A stretch of 64,000 nucleotides of DNA from Bacteroidales bacterium (GTDB lineage Bacteria > Bacteroidota > Bacteroidia > Bacteroidales > FEN-979), in NCBI GenBank assembly GCA_023231065.1, contig JALNWE010000004.1, positions 5,167 through 69,166 on the forward strand, in the 5' to 3' direction. Shown one piece after another: positions 56,089-64,000 of this stretch (its first letter is position 1; each line of letters opens with the position of its first letter). The notes beneath the pieces were generated by a model. It was not told where the DNA came from and did no database searches. It saw only the letters and a list, made by a program, of their open reading frames with translations. Both the position numbers and the translations under genes were made by a program.

Positions 56089-59000
56089 ATGAAAAATCTC
56101 CCATTAATCATTGTTTTTTGTGTCTTTAGCATTTTTAGTTTCACCTCTTCAGCATCCGTGCAAAATCCGGCCACAACCGCAACGGATAACCCGACACCAG
56201 GAAAATATACCGATTCTATTGATTATAAAAATCCGGGCCTCCCGGTCAATGCGAGGGTAAAAGATCTTCTGTCAAGAATGACCCCGGAAGAAAAATTCTG
56301 GCAGTTATTCATGCTTACGGAAGACCTGTCACGGGATAAATCGAAATATCAGAAAGGGGTATTTGGTTTTCAGGGTGGGTTATCCATGGATCCGACAGAA
56401 AGGGACAAATTGAACATTCCTCCGGCGCTCCGGGGAGACGCCAGGGAGCTGACCTTGAGGATGAATGAAATCCAACGATATTTTGTTGAAAAAACAAGAC
56501 TTGGCATCCCGGTTATTTTTTTCGAGGAAGCGTTACATGGATTATGCAAAAAGGGAGCGACCATTTTTCCACAGTCTATTGGCCTGGCTGCAACCTTCGA
56601 TACCGGATTAATGCATCGCGTTGCCGGCGCCATTGCAAAGGAAACCAGGCGCCAGGGAATCCGGCAGATCCTTTCACCGGTTGTGAATGTCGCAACCGAC
56701 CCCCGTTGGGGCCGGACGGAAGAAACGTATGGGGAAGATCCGTTTTTATGTTCTGAAATGGGAGTCTCATATATAACGGAATTTGAACATGCAGGGGTCA
56801 TTGCCACACCCAAACATTTTGTGGCCAATTCCGGGGATGGCGGACGGGACAGCTATCCTGTCAACGCTAACGAACGGTTGCTTGAGAACCTGTATTTTCC
56901 TCCTTTCAAAGCATGCATTTCAAGGGGTGGCGCAGGTTCCGTTATGACTGCCTATAATTCGCTTGATGGACGGCCCTGCTCATCAAATGAATGGTTGTTG
57001 CGTAAAAAACTAAAGGGAGATTGGAAATTTGAGGGATTTGTTATTTCTGATGCCGGAGCTACCGGTGGGGCAAACCTGTTGCATAAAACAGCCCTGGATT
57101 ACCCTGATGCGGGCATCCAGGCGATGAAGAACGGGCAGGATGTCCTTTTTCAGACTGATTTCGATCATGCCACTCTTTTTCTGCCCGCTTATCTGGATGG
57201 GCGGATTCCGGGAAAAGATATTGACAGCGCTGTTGCCCGCGTCCTCCGGGCGAAATTCAAACTGGGCCTCTTCGACAATCCATACTGCGATCCGGAACCG
57301 GGAACCAGTTATGACAACCCCGGTTTAAATAAGGAATTGGCGCTGGAAGCTGCCGAAAAAGCCATCGTTTTACTGAAAAATAAGGATCAGCTTTTACCCT
57401 TATCAGGCGCTTATACCAGGATCGCTGTCATCGGGCCGGAAGCTGTGGAAGCCAGGACGGGTGGCTACAGTGGCCCTTCCAGCGAGAAAGTCAGCATTCT
57501 TGACGGAATAAAGAAAAGATTCGGAGATCCGGCCGTCGTCCGCTATGAACCAGGTTGTGGCAGAAGTCCGGTAACTTATATCACGGTACCTTCAAATTGT
57601 TTGATGCCTTCACCGGCGGATGGAGCTTTACATGGATTGCAGGGTGAATACTTCAATTCCCGCGATATAAGTGGTAACCCTGTCCTGGTGAGGACCGATC
57701 CGGAGATCAGTTTCAGGTGGGCCTTATATCAGCCGGGCCCCGGAATAAATTATGATTGGTACTCTATACGGTGGACGGGATTTCTTCATTCACCGGTGAC
57801 AGGTTCTGTTAAAATTGGGATTGAAGGAAATGATGGTTACCGGCTATACCTGGATGATTCCCTGCTGATCGATAACTGGAATAAGAAATCGTTTGCTTCG
57901 ACCCTGGTAGATTACCGATTTGAAAAAAACAGAAAGTATAGCATCCGCATCGAATATTTTGAGACCACTGGTTCGGGGAGAATGCGGTTGATATGGAATG
58001 CAGGCGTTATCGATGAGTGGGAAAATGAAATCCAGAAAGCTGTGGACCTGGTTAATCAAAGTGATGTTGCTATCGTAACGGTTGGTATTGAAGAAGGCGA
58101 AGGCCGCGACCGAGCGTTTCTTGGATTACCCGGCCACCAGGAAGAGCTGATCAATAAGGTTGCGGCAACCGGGAAACCGGTTGTGGTGATCCTGGTTGGC
58201 GGTAGCGCAATTACGATGAATTCCTGGTTAATGAACGTTTCTTCGGTTCTGGATGTATGGTATCCGGGTGAACGGGGTGGTGATGCCGTTGCCAGAGTGT
58301 TGGCCGGTGATTATAACCCGGCGGGAAGGCTTCCCATTGCATTCCCGATGGCTGAAGGGCAGTTGCCTTTGTTATACAACCACCTGCCAACCGGTCGCTC
58401 GGATGATTATACGGATCTTACCGGTGAAGCGTTATTTCCTTTTGGGTATGGTTTGAGTTATACCAATTTCGACTATCAGGACCCGCTTTTAGCAAAGCCG
58501 CGGATCCATCCTGATGATTCGACCACCCTCAGCTTTACCATTAAAAATACGGGTAAATTTCCAGGAGATGAAGTAGTTCAGCTATACATTCAGGATGTTT
58601 TATCATCGGTTGCGCGGCCCGCGAGGGAGTTGAAGGGTTTTACGCGCATCCATCTGGGACCCGGTGAAAGTAAAAAAGTTGAATTCCGGATTACACCTTC
58701 ACTTCTGGCAATGGTTGATCAAGAGATGGAGCATGTGGTGGAACCCGGAGAATTCAGGCTACTGATCGGGACCTCCTCAAAAGATATCCGTCTGCGGGAA
58801 ATCCTGACCGTGATAAAACCTGTAGCGGACGAATCCTATATCTGGCCGTCAGAACCGGGCGTTTTGAACAACCTGAAACTTTGGCAGGGATATAAATTCG
58901 GTATCATCATCCATTTCGGATTATACTCTCAACTGGGAGACATAGAATCATGGGGCCTTTGTCCGGAAGATTGGGTTGAGCGGAAAGGATTTGATGATTA

Positions 59001-60192
59001 TTTCGCTTATGCAACACACTACCGGAATACCAAAGCAATTTTTAACCCGGTGGATTTTAATCCTGCCAAATGGGCAAAAACCATTCATGGATCAGGAGCC
59101 CGGTATGTCATTTTTACCACAAAGCACCATGATGGTTTCTGCCTTTTTGATAGCCAGTTCACGGATTTCAAAACAACCGATAAAGGATGTCCTTATTCGG
59201 TTAACAGAAACGCGGACCTGGCCAAAGCTGCCTTTGATGCATTCCGGAATGAAGGGTTGGCTGTTGGCGCATATTTTTCCAAACCAGACTGGACGACCCC
59301 TTATTTCTGGTGGCCCGCCAATCCACCCAAAGACCGGAATCCCAATTACGATATTACACGGCATCCGGATCGGTGGAAAAAATATGTGGATTACACCCGG
59401 CAACAAATCAATGAGATCACCTCGGATTATGGTAAACTCGATATTTTATGGCTGGATGGTTGCTGGGTGCTGCCATTCTCTTCCATCACCCCAAAAATTG
59501 CAGAGTATTGCAAATATCCCTATGATATGGATCTTGATATGAAAACGATTGCTCAGCGGGCGCGTACAAAACAACCGGGCATGCTGGTCGTTGATCGCTG
59601 GGTGGGAGGTCCTTACGAAAATTATCTTACCCCGGAACAGAAAATACCGGAAAAAGCGCTGGCCATTCCCTGGGAGAGCTGTATCACGATGGGCAACGCC
59701 TGGGGATGGGTGCCGGGAGACCAATATAAACCGGCAAAGGAATTGATCCAGCTATTGGTTAAAATTGTAGCAAAAGGAGGAAACTTACTGCTGGGTATAG
59801 GCCCCAATGGCGCCGGTGAGTTTGAGCCGGCGGTGTATGATCGCCTGAGTAGCATGGGTAAATGGCTCCGCGAAAACGGGGAAGCAATTTATGGGACTGT
59901 TCCGGTTGAACCATATCAGGATGGGAAGATTGCGTACACGGCAAAGGGGGATCAAACCATTTATGCCATTTATCTTCCTGATCCGGACGAAAAAGAAATA
60001 CCTGCACAGATCGGGTTGCTGATCGATCTCCCGGGAAAAATCAAGGTGAGTTTACTGGCATTAAACAAACGGCTTCAGGGAAAACGCCTGAAGGGCCATT
60101 TGGTCATTTCGGTTCCCCCCGGCCTCAGGAAAAGTTTGGCAGCCAGCGAAGCGGTAGTCATTAAAATCAGCGCTGAATCCCGGTCAAAATAA
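56089..60192 (+). CDS. GH3 (PA14, Fn3-like) - GH29 alpha-L-fucosidase fusion protein
   Basis: GH3: EEALHG, DPRWGRTEETYGEDP, KHFVAN, VISDA, PA14 (YSIRWTG, IRIEYFE), LFPFGYGLSYT, ELKGF. Then in frame from about 58830, GH29: KFGIIIHFGLYS, TTKHHDGF, ILWLDG, WESCITM, KGGNLLLGIGP. Confidence 0.88.
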   Translation: MKNLPLIIVFCVFSIFSFTSSASVQNPATTATDNPTPGKYTDSIDYKNPGLPVNARVKDLLSRMTPEEKFWQLFMLTEDLSRDKSKYQKGVFGFQGGLSMDPTERDKLNIPPALRGDARELTLRMNEIQRYFVEKTRLGIPVIFFEEALHGLCKKGATIFPQSIGLAATFDTGLMHRVAGAIAKETRRQGIRQILSPVVNVATDPRWGRTEETYGEDPFLCSEMGVSYITEFEHAGVIATPKHFVANSGDGGRDSYPVNANERLLENLYFPPFKACISRGGAGSVMTAYNSLDGRPCSSNEWLLRKKLKGDWKFEGFVISDAGATGGANLLHKTALDYPDAGIQAMKNGQDVLFQTDFDHATLFLPAYLDGRIPGKDIDSAVARVLRAKFKLGLFDNPYCDPEPGTSYDNPGLNKELALEAAEKAIVLLKNKDQLLPLSGAYTRIAVIGPEAVEARTGGYSGPSSEKVSILDGIKKRFGDPAVVRYEPGCGRSPVTYITVPSNCLMPSPADGALHGLQGEYFNSRDISGNPVLVRTDPEISFRWALYQPGPGINYDWYSIRWTGFLHSPVTGSVKIGIEGNDGYRLYLDDSLLIDNWNKKSFASTLVDYRFEKNRKYSIRIEYFETTGSGRMRLIWNAGVIDEWENEIQKAVDLVNQSDVAIVTVGIEEGEGRDRAFLGLPGHQEELINKVAATGKPVVVILVGGSAITMNSWLMNVSSVLDVWYPGERGGDAVARVLAGDYNPAGRLPIAFPMAEGQLPLLYNHLPTGRSDDYTDLTGEALFPFGYGLSYTNFDYQDPLLAKPRIHPDDSTTLSFTIKNTGKFPGDEVVQLYIQDVLSSVARPARELKGFTRIHLGPGESKKVEFRITPSLLAMVDQEMEHVVEPGEFRLLIGTSSKDIRLREILTVIKPVADESYIWPSEPGVLNNLKLWQGYKFGIIIHFGLYSQLGDIESWGLCPEDWVERKGFDDYFAYATHYRNTKAIFNPVDFNPAKWAKTIHGSGARYVIFTTKHHDGFCLFDSQFTDFKTTDKGCPYSVNRNADLAKAAFDAFRNEGLAVGAYFSKPDWTTPYFWWPANPPKDRNPNYDITRHPDRWKKYVDYTRQQINEITSDYGKLDILWLDGCWVLPFSSITPKIAEYCKYPYDMDLDMKTIAQRARTKQPGMLVVDRWVGGPYENYLTPEQKIPEKALAIPWESCITMGNAWGWVPGDQYKPAKELIQLLVKIVAKGGNLLLGIGPNGAGEFEPAVYDRLSSMGKWLRENGEAIYGTVPVEPYQDGKIAYTAKGDQTIYAIYLPDPDEKEIPAQIGLLIDLPGKIKVSLLALNKRLQGKRLKGHLVISVPPGLRKSLAASEAVVIKISAESRSK

Positions 60193-60248
60193 AATGTTTT
60201 AGAAGAATATTATTAATTTCGCCATTCAAACCATTAATACTAACCTAT

Positions 60249-60866
60249 ATGAAAAAAATTTACTTATCACTTTGTCTGCTGGTCCTGGCGCCCTTTGTAC
60301 TGATTTCTCAAACCGTTGAAATCACTCCTTTCGGAGGATATGTTTTTCCATCCACCTGGTATGCCTCCAACGGGAATCTACGCTTGATCGGCAATGGCCA
60401 GTACGGGGCTATGGTCAACATTGGGATCACTCCATCTGTTGACCTTGACCTGATCTATAACAGGAGCGATACCCGCGCAGAGATCAATGCCATAGGTTAT
60501 AATTATGAAGAAGTCCCGTTAAGTATTAATTATTTCCAGGTTGGCGGGACCCAGAATTTCAGGATCAACAAACTCCTTTCACCTTTTGTCGGAGCTAACA
60601 TCGGCGGATGCCTGACTGCCCCTAAAGGAGAATATAATGACCAATGGTTTTTCTCGGTCGGGCTTCTTGGAGGCGCCAAACTATATTTCTCCAAACGCAT
60701 CGGTTTGCGTTTACAGGCCCAGTTATATATGCCCATCCAGGGCGCCGGCTATATGTTCTATTTCGGGCCCGGAGGCTCGGGAAGTACGGTTACCCTGACT
60801 TCCACACTGGTCCAGTTCGGCTTTACAGGAGGATTGATCTTCCGTCTTGGCCGCGTCATGCCTTAA
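60249..60866 (+). CDS. Outer-membrane beta-barrel protein (small, about 8-stranded)
   Basis: Signal peptide ending in SQ; alternating aromatic/Gly strands (VEITPFGGYVF, NYFQVGG, FSVGLLGGAKLYF, QFGFTGGLIFRL). Confidence 0.75.
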   Translation: MKKIYLSLCLLVLAPFVLISQTVEITPFGGYVFPSTWYASNGNLRLIGNGQYGAMVNIGITPSVDLDLIYNRSDTRAEINAIGYNYEEVPLSINYFQVGGTQNFRINKLLSPFVGANIGGCLTAPKGEYNDQWFFSVGLLGGAKLYFSKRIGLRLQAQLYMPIQGAGYMFYFGPGGSGSTVTLTSTLVQFGFTGGLIFRLGRVMP

Positions 60867-60933
60867 TGATCTGTGCGGTGAAAAATAGTATTCTGAGTGG
60901 ACTTGTCTATTGATTTTCAACATTTACTGATGG

Positions 60934-63318
60934 ATGACCGATCGTATTAAATTTCTGAGGGAACAAAGCCTCAAGGCTATTAACCATATTTCAACCGAAC
61001 GGGCATCGCTGGTCACCGATTTTTATCAATCGGGCGCTGACCGCGAAGTTTCTATCCCTGTCATGCGCGCGCTTACATTACGATACATTTTAATGCATAA
61101 GCATTTGTGCATTAATCAGGGAGAACTCATTGTCGGTGAACGGGGACCAGCCCCAAAAGCGGTGTCAACCTACCCTGAAATCACGGTCCACTCCATCCGG
61201 GATCTTGAAATTCTCGATTCGCGTCCCAAGGTTTCCTATAAAGTGGACGAAGAAACAAAAAAGATTTACCGGGAAAAGATTATTCCTTACTGGCAGGGAA
61301 AAAGCAACCGCGACCGTATCATGCGCGCTTTGCCCTCGGAATGGCACGATGCTTACAATGCTGGTATTTTTACCGAATTCCAGGAACAACGTGGTCCGGG
61401 CCATACGGTGGGCGGGAATAAAATCTATGGTGAAGGGATGCTGGATATTATTGACAATATCCACAAGTCATACGCGCAACTCGATTTTATTAATGACCCT
61501 TATGCCTACGAGAAACAGGAAGAACTGAAAGCCATGGAGATCGCGGCAAATGCCATCATCATGTTCGCTAACCGTTATGCTGATGAACTCGAAGCCCTGG
61601 CCCATTCTTCCGCTATCCGCCATCCGGCATCTGTTATCCATCACACCAAAGAAGAGCTTCTGGATCTTGCAAACATCTGCAGAAACGTCCCGGCCCATGC
61701 CCCCGCGACATTCCATGAAGCGTTACAATACTATTGGTTTGTTCATCTGTGTGTCATAACAGAAGTCAATCCCTGGGACTCTTTCAACCCCGGAAGACTT
61801 GATCAGCATCTGTATCCGTTTTATACAAAGGATCTTCATAAGGGAACCCTTACGAAGGAAAAAGCTGTTGAATTATTACAAAGTTTCTGGGTCAAATTCA
61901 ACAATCACCCGGCCCCTCCAAAGATTGGCGTCACAGCGCTCGAAAGCAATACTTACACCGATTTTGCCCTGATCAACATGGGTGGCGTCAAACCCGATGG
62001 TTCCGATGCGGTGAACGAGCTTTCCTTCATCCTGCTCGATGTGATTGAAGAGATGCGGCTTCTGCAACCCAGCTCCATGGTACAGATCAGTAAGAAAAGT
62101 CCCGATAATTTCATCCACCGGGCATTGAAAATCATTAAAACCGGATTTGGGCAACCCTCCTGCTTCAATACGGATGCCATCGTCCAGGAACTGATGCGAC
62201 AGGGAAAGGATGTTGTTGATGCCCGCAATGGCGGCGCAAGCGGATGCGTTGAAACGGGCGCTTTCGGGACTGAGGCATACATCCTGAGCGGATATTTCAA
62301 CCTGACCAAAATATTGGAGATCACCCTTCACGATGGTTTTGACCCGGGAACGGAAAAACAGATCGGCCTTCATACCGGGAATCCTGACAGTTTCCATTCC
62401 TTCGATGAATTGATGGAGGCATACAGCCAGCAAGTCAACCATTTTGCCGATATTAAAATCAAAGGGAACAATGTGATCGGAAGGATCTTTGCCGATTATA
62501 TGCCCGTACCTTTCCTTTCGCTGATTATTGATGACTGCATTGCAAATGGAAGGGATTACAATGCAGGAGGCGCCCGGTACAACACGACCTATATCCAGGG
62601 TGTTGGCCTTGGGAGCGTTACCGATTCGCTGACGGCCCTGAAATACCATGTTTTCGATAAAAAAACCATCGGGATGGGTGGTATGATCAGGGCTTTGGAT
62701 AATAATTTTAAGGATTTTGAAGAATTCCGGGCCGAGCTGGTTTATAATACACCCAAATACGGCAACGATGAGGATTATGCCGATGATCAGGCTAAGGCAG
62801 TGTTTGAGATCTTTTATAGCGCTGTAAACGGAAAGCCGACTGCCGTCGGGGGAATCCACCGGATCAATATGCTTCCGACTACCTCCCATGTTTATTTTGG
62901 CAGTGTGACAGGGGCTACACCTGATGGGCGGCAAAGCGGTCAGCCTCTCTCCGAGGGGATTTCCCCATTCCAGGGCGCCGACCATAAAGGTCCGACCGCT
63001 GTATTGAAATCGGCTGCCAAGATCGATCATATCCGGACAGGAGGCACCTTACTGAACCAAAAATTCTCTCCCGGTTTTTTTGATGGCGATGAAAGTATCC
63101 GCAAACTAACCTCCCTTATCCGGACCTATTTCAGGATGGATGGCCACCATATCCAATTCAATGTTGTTTCGGCTGATACCCTCCGGGATGCCCAGAAACA
63201 TCCTGAAAAATACCGCGACCTGATCGTCCGCGTAGCCGGTTATAGCGATTATTTCAATGACCTTGGTGAAGATCTTCAGAATGAGATTATAAGGAGAACT
63301 GAACACCAGACATTTTGA
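60934..63318 (+). CDS. hypD: Glycyl radical enzyme, trans-4-hydroxy-L-proline dehydratase
   Basis: Close match to the recalled C. difficile HypD sequence: EQRGPGHT (H160), WDSFNPGRLDQH (D278), PPKIG...ESNTYTDF (S334/D339/F340), SGCVETG (C434/E436), LSGYFN (Y450), MLPTT (T645), RVAGYS (Gly radical). Confidence 0.88.
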   Translation: MTDRIKFLREQSLKAINHISTERASLVTDFYQSGADREVSIPVMRALTLRYILMHKHLCINQGELIVGERGPAPKAVSTYPEITVHSIRDLEILDSRPKVSYKVDEETKKIYREKIIPYWQGKSNRDRIMRALPSEWHDAYNAGIFTEFQEQRGPGHTVGGNKIYGEGMLDIIDNIHKSYAQLDFINDPYAYEKQEELKAMEIAANAIIMFANRYADELEALAHSSAIRHPASVIHHTKEELLDLANICRNVPAHAPATFHEALQYYWFVHLCVITEVNPWDSFNPGRLDQHLYPFYTKDLHKGTLTKEKAVELLQSFWVKFNNHPAPPKIGVTALESNTYTDFALINMGGVKPDGSDAVNELSFILLDVIEEMRLLQPSSMVQISKKSPDNFIHRALKIIKTGFGQPSCFNTDAIVQELMRQGKDVVDARNGGASGCVETGAFGTEAYILSGYFNLTKILEITLHDGFDPGTEKQIGLHTGNPDSFHSFDELMEAYSQQVNHFADIKIKGNNVIGRIFADYMPVPFLSLIIDDCIANGRDYNAGGARYNTTYIQGVGLGSVTDSLTALKYHVFDKKTIGMGGMIRALDNNFKDFEEFRAELVYNTPKYGNDEDYADDQAKAVFEIFYSAVNGKPTAVGGIHRINMLPTTSHVYFGSVTGATPDGRQSGQPLSEGISPFQGADHKGPTAVLKSAAKIDHIRTGGTLLNQKFSPGFFDGDESIRKLTSLIRTYFRMDGHHIQFNVVSADTLRDAQKHPEKYRDLIVRVAGYSDYFNDLGEDLQNEIIRRTEHQTF

Positions 63319-63357
63319 TTTACGATTAACGGTTTTTTACAAATCAAATCCTGAAAA

Positions 63358-64000
63358 ATGAGAAACCATATACTATTTCTCTTTCTTTTTATTGGAATTG
63401 GGATGCAGGCCCAAACGGATCAGGTGATCCAGCCAGGCGCTGTTAAATCGCTGAAAAAAATCGAACATGGCATCCTGGTTAAAACTGAGAATGCATACCT
63501 GATGGTCCTGGTCTATCAACCCCAGGTCCTCCGTATCAGGTTATCACAATCTCCGTTCCCGGATGATTTTTCCTATGCCGTGATCCGGAAACCGGAAGGT
63601 AACTTTACCACCGTCAGGGAATCTGCTAATGATTGGCAACTTGTGACCGATTCCCTGAAGATCATCCTGACTAAAAATCCTTTATCCCTCCAGATCCTCA
63701 ATCTGAAAGATCAGGTCCTTTGCGAGGATTATCAGGCGTTTTCCTATACATGGCAGGGAACGGAAGTGACCAGCTATAAAAAGTTATTCCCGGATGAAAA
63801 ATTTGTCGGACTGGGTGAAAAGACCGGCAATGTCAACCATCGGGGTGAGAAATTCGAGAACTGGAATTCGGACGTTCCGGCCTATGCCAACAACGCTGAT
63901 CCCTTGTACCAGACCATTCCTTTTTACATGGGTATCCATGACAAGGTCGTTTATGGGATCTTCCTGGATAATTCTTTCCGTACCAAATTTAACTTAGGCG
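63358..64000 (+). CDS. GH31 alpha-glycosidase, N-terminal part only (runs off the window)
   Basis: Not in the track. MRNHILFLFLFIGIGMQAQ signal; VLRIRLS, EKFVGLGEKTG, FENWNSD, DPLYQTIPFYMG, YGIFLDN. Confidence 0.85.
   Translation, partial: MRNHILFLFLFIGIGMQAQTDQVIQPGAVKSLKKIEHGILVKTENAYLMVLVYQPQVLRIRLSQSPFPDDFSYAVIRKPEGNFTTVRESANDWQLVTDSLKIILTKNPLSLQILNLKDQVLCEDYQAFSYTWQGTEVTSYKKLFPDEKFVGLGEKTGNVNHRGEKFENWNSDVPAYANNADPLYQTIPFYMGIHDKVVYGIFLDNSFRTKFNLG

Noticed and set aside
61876-63030. 384-aa antisense ORF inside hypD
   Set aside because: Shadow frame of a conserved gene, with no recognisable motifs. The same applies to 29538-30194, 5193-5750, 7175-7666, 54220-54693 and the other nested track ORFs.
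60934-63318. Pyruvate formate-lyase, CutC or diol dehydratase assignment
   Set aside because: It has a single-Cys GCVE motif rather than the PFL CC pair, and the HypD-type active-site residues are all present.
1-64000. Transposases, integrases, prophage, tRNA/rRNA, reverse transcriptase or defence systems
   Set aside because: No supporting motifs seen in any frame I examined.

Overview
Bacteroidota (Bacteroidales-like) chromosomal window, mostly about 45-48% GC by eye. I found no rRNA, tRNA, CRISPR array or transposase. (1) 1-4425 is a visibly AT-richer module: a secreted multi-beta-propeller protein running off the left edge (absent from the ORF track) and a divergent TPR-LuxR regulator. 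(2) 4.4-14.3 kb holds a DHA2 MFS exporter, an NAD(P)-binding oxidoreductase, a GH63/MGH1-like plus DUF2961 (GH172-like) pair, a CAP-SPOR protein, ogt, and a sodium:solute symporter with a small membrane partner. (3) 14.3-40.2 kb (- strand) is the centrepiece, a large predicted beta-1,2-glucan utilisation locus. It encodes a propeller/Y_Y_Y/LuxR regulator, SusC, SusD, a LamG lipoprotein, a GH144 lipoprotein, GH3, and a 1501-aa GH144 + binding modules + unassigned (alpha/alpha)6 fusion. It also encodes a GPH symporter with a ~200-aa insert, a cytoplasmic GH35-like enzyme, and a GH94 1,2-beta-oligoglucan phosphorylase-like enzyme. (4) 40.3-48.1 kb holds a metallophosphoesterase, an 8-bp x21 repeat, a 67-bp x3 repeat, an M23 peptidase, a TMEM97/EXPERA-like membrane protein with an SDR, galM, ppk2 and galK. 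(5) 48.2-64 kb (+ strand) holds GH2, GH92, an M64 peptidase, a glycyl-radical activase, a GH3-PA14-GH29 fusion, a beta-barrel OMP, hydroxyproline dehydratase HypD and a truncated GH31. All family calls come from recalled motifs, not database searches.
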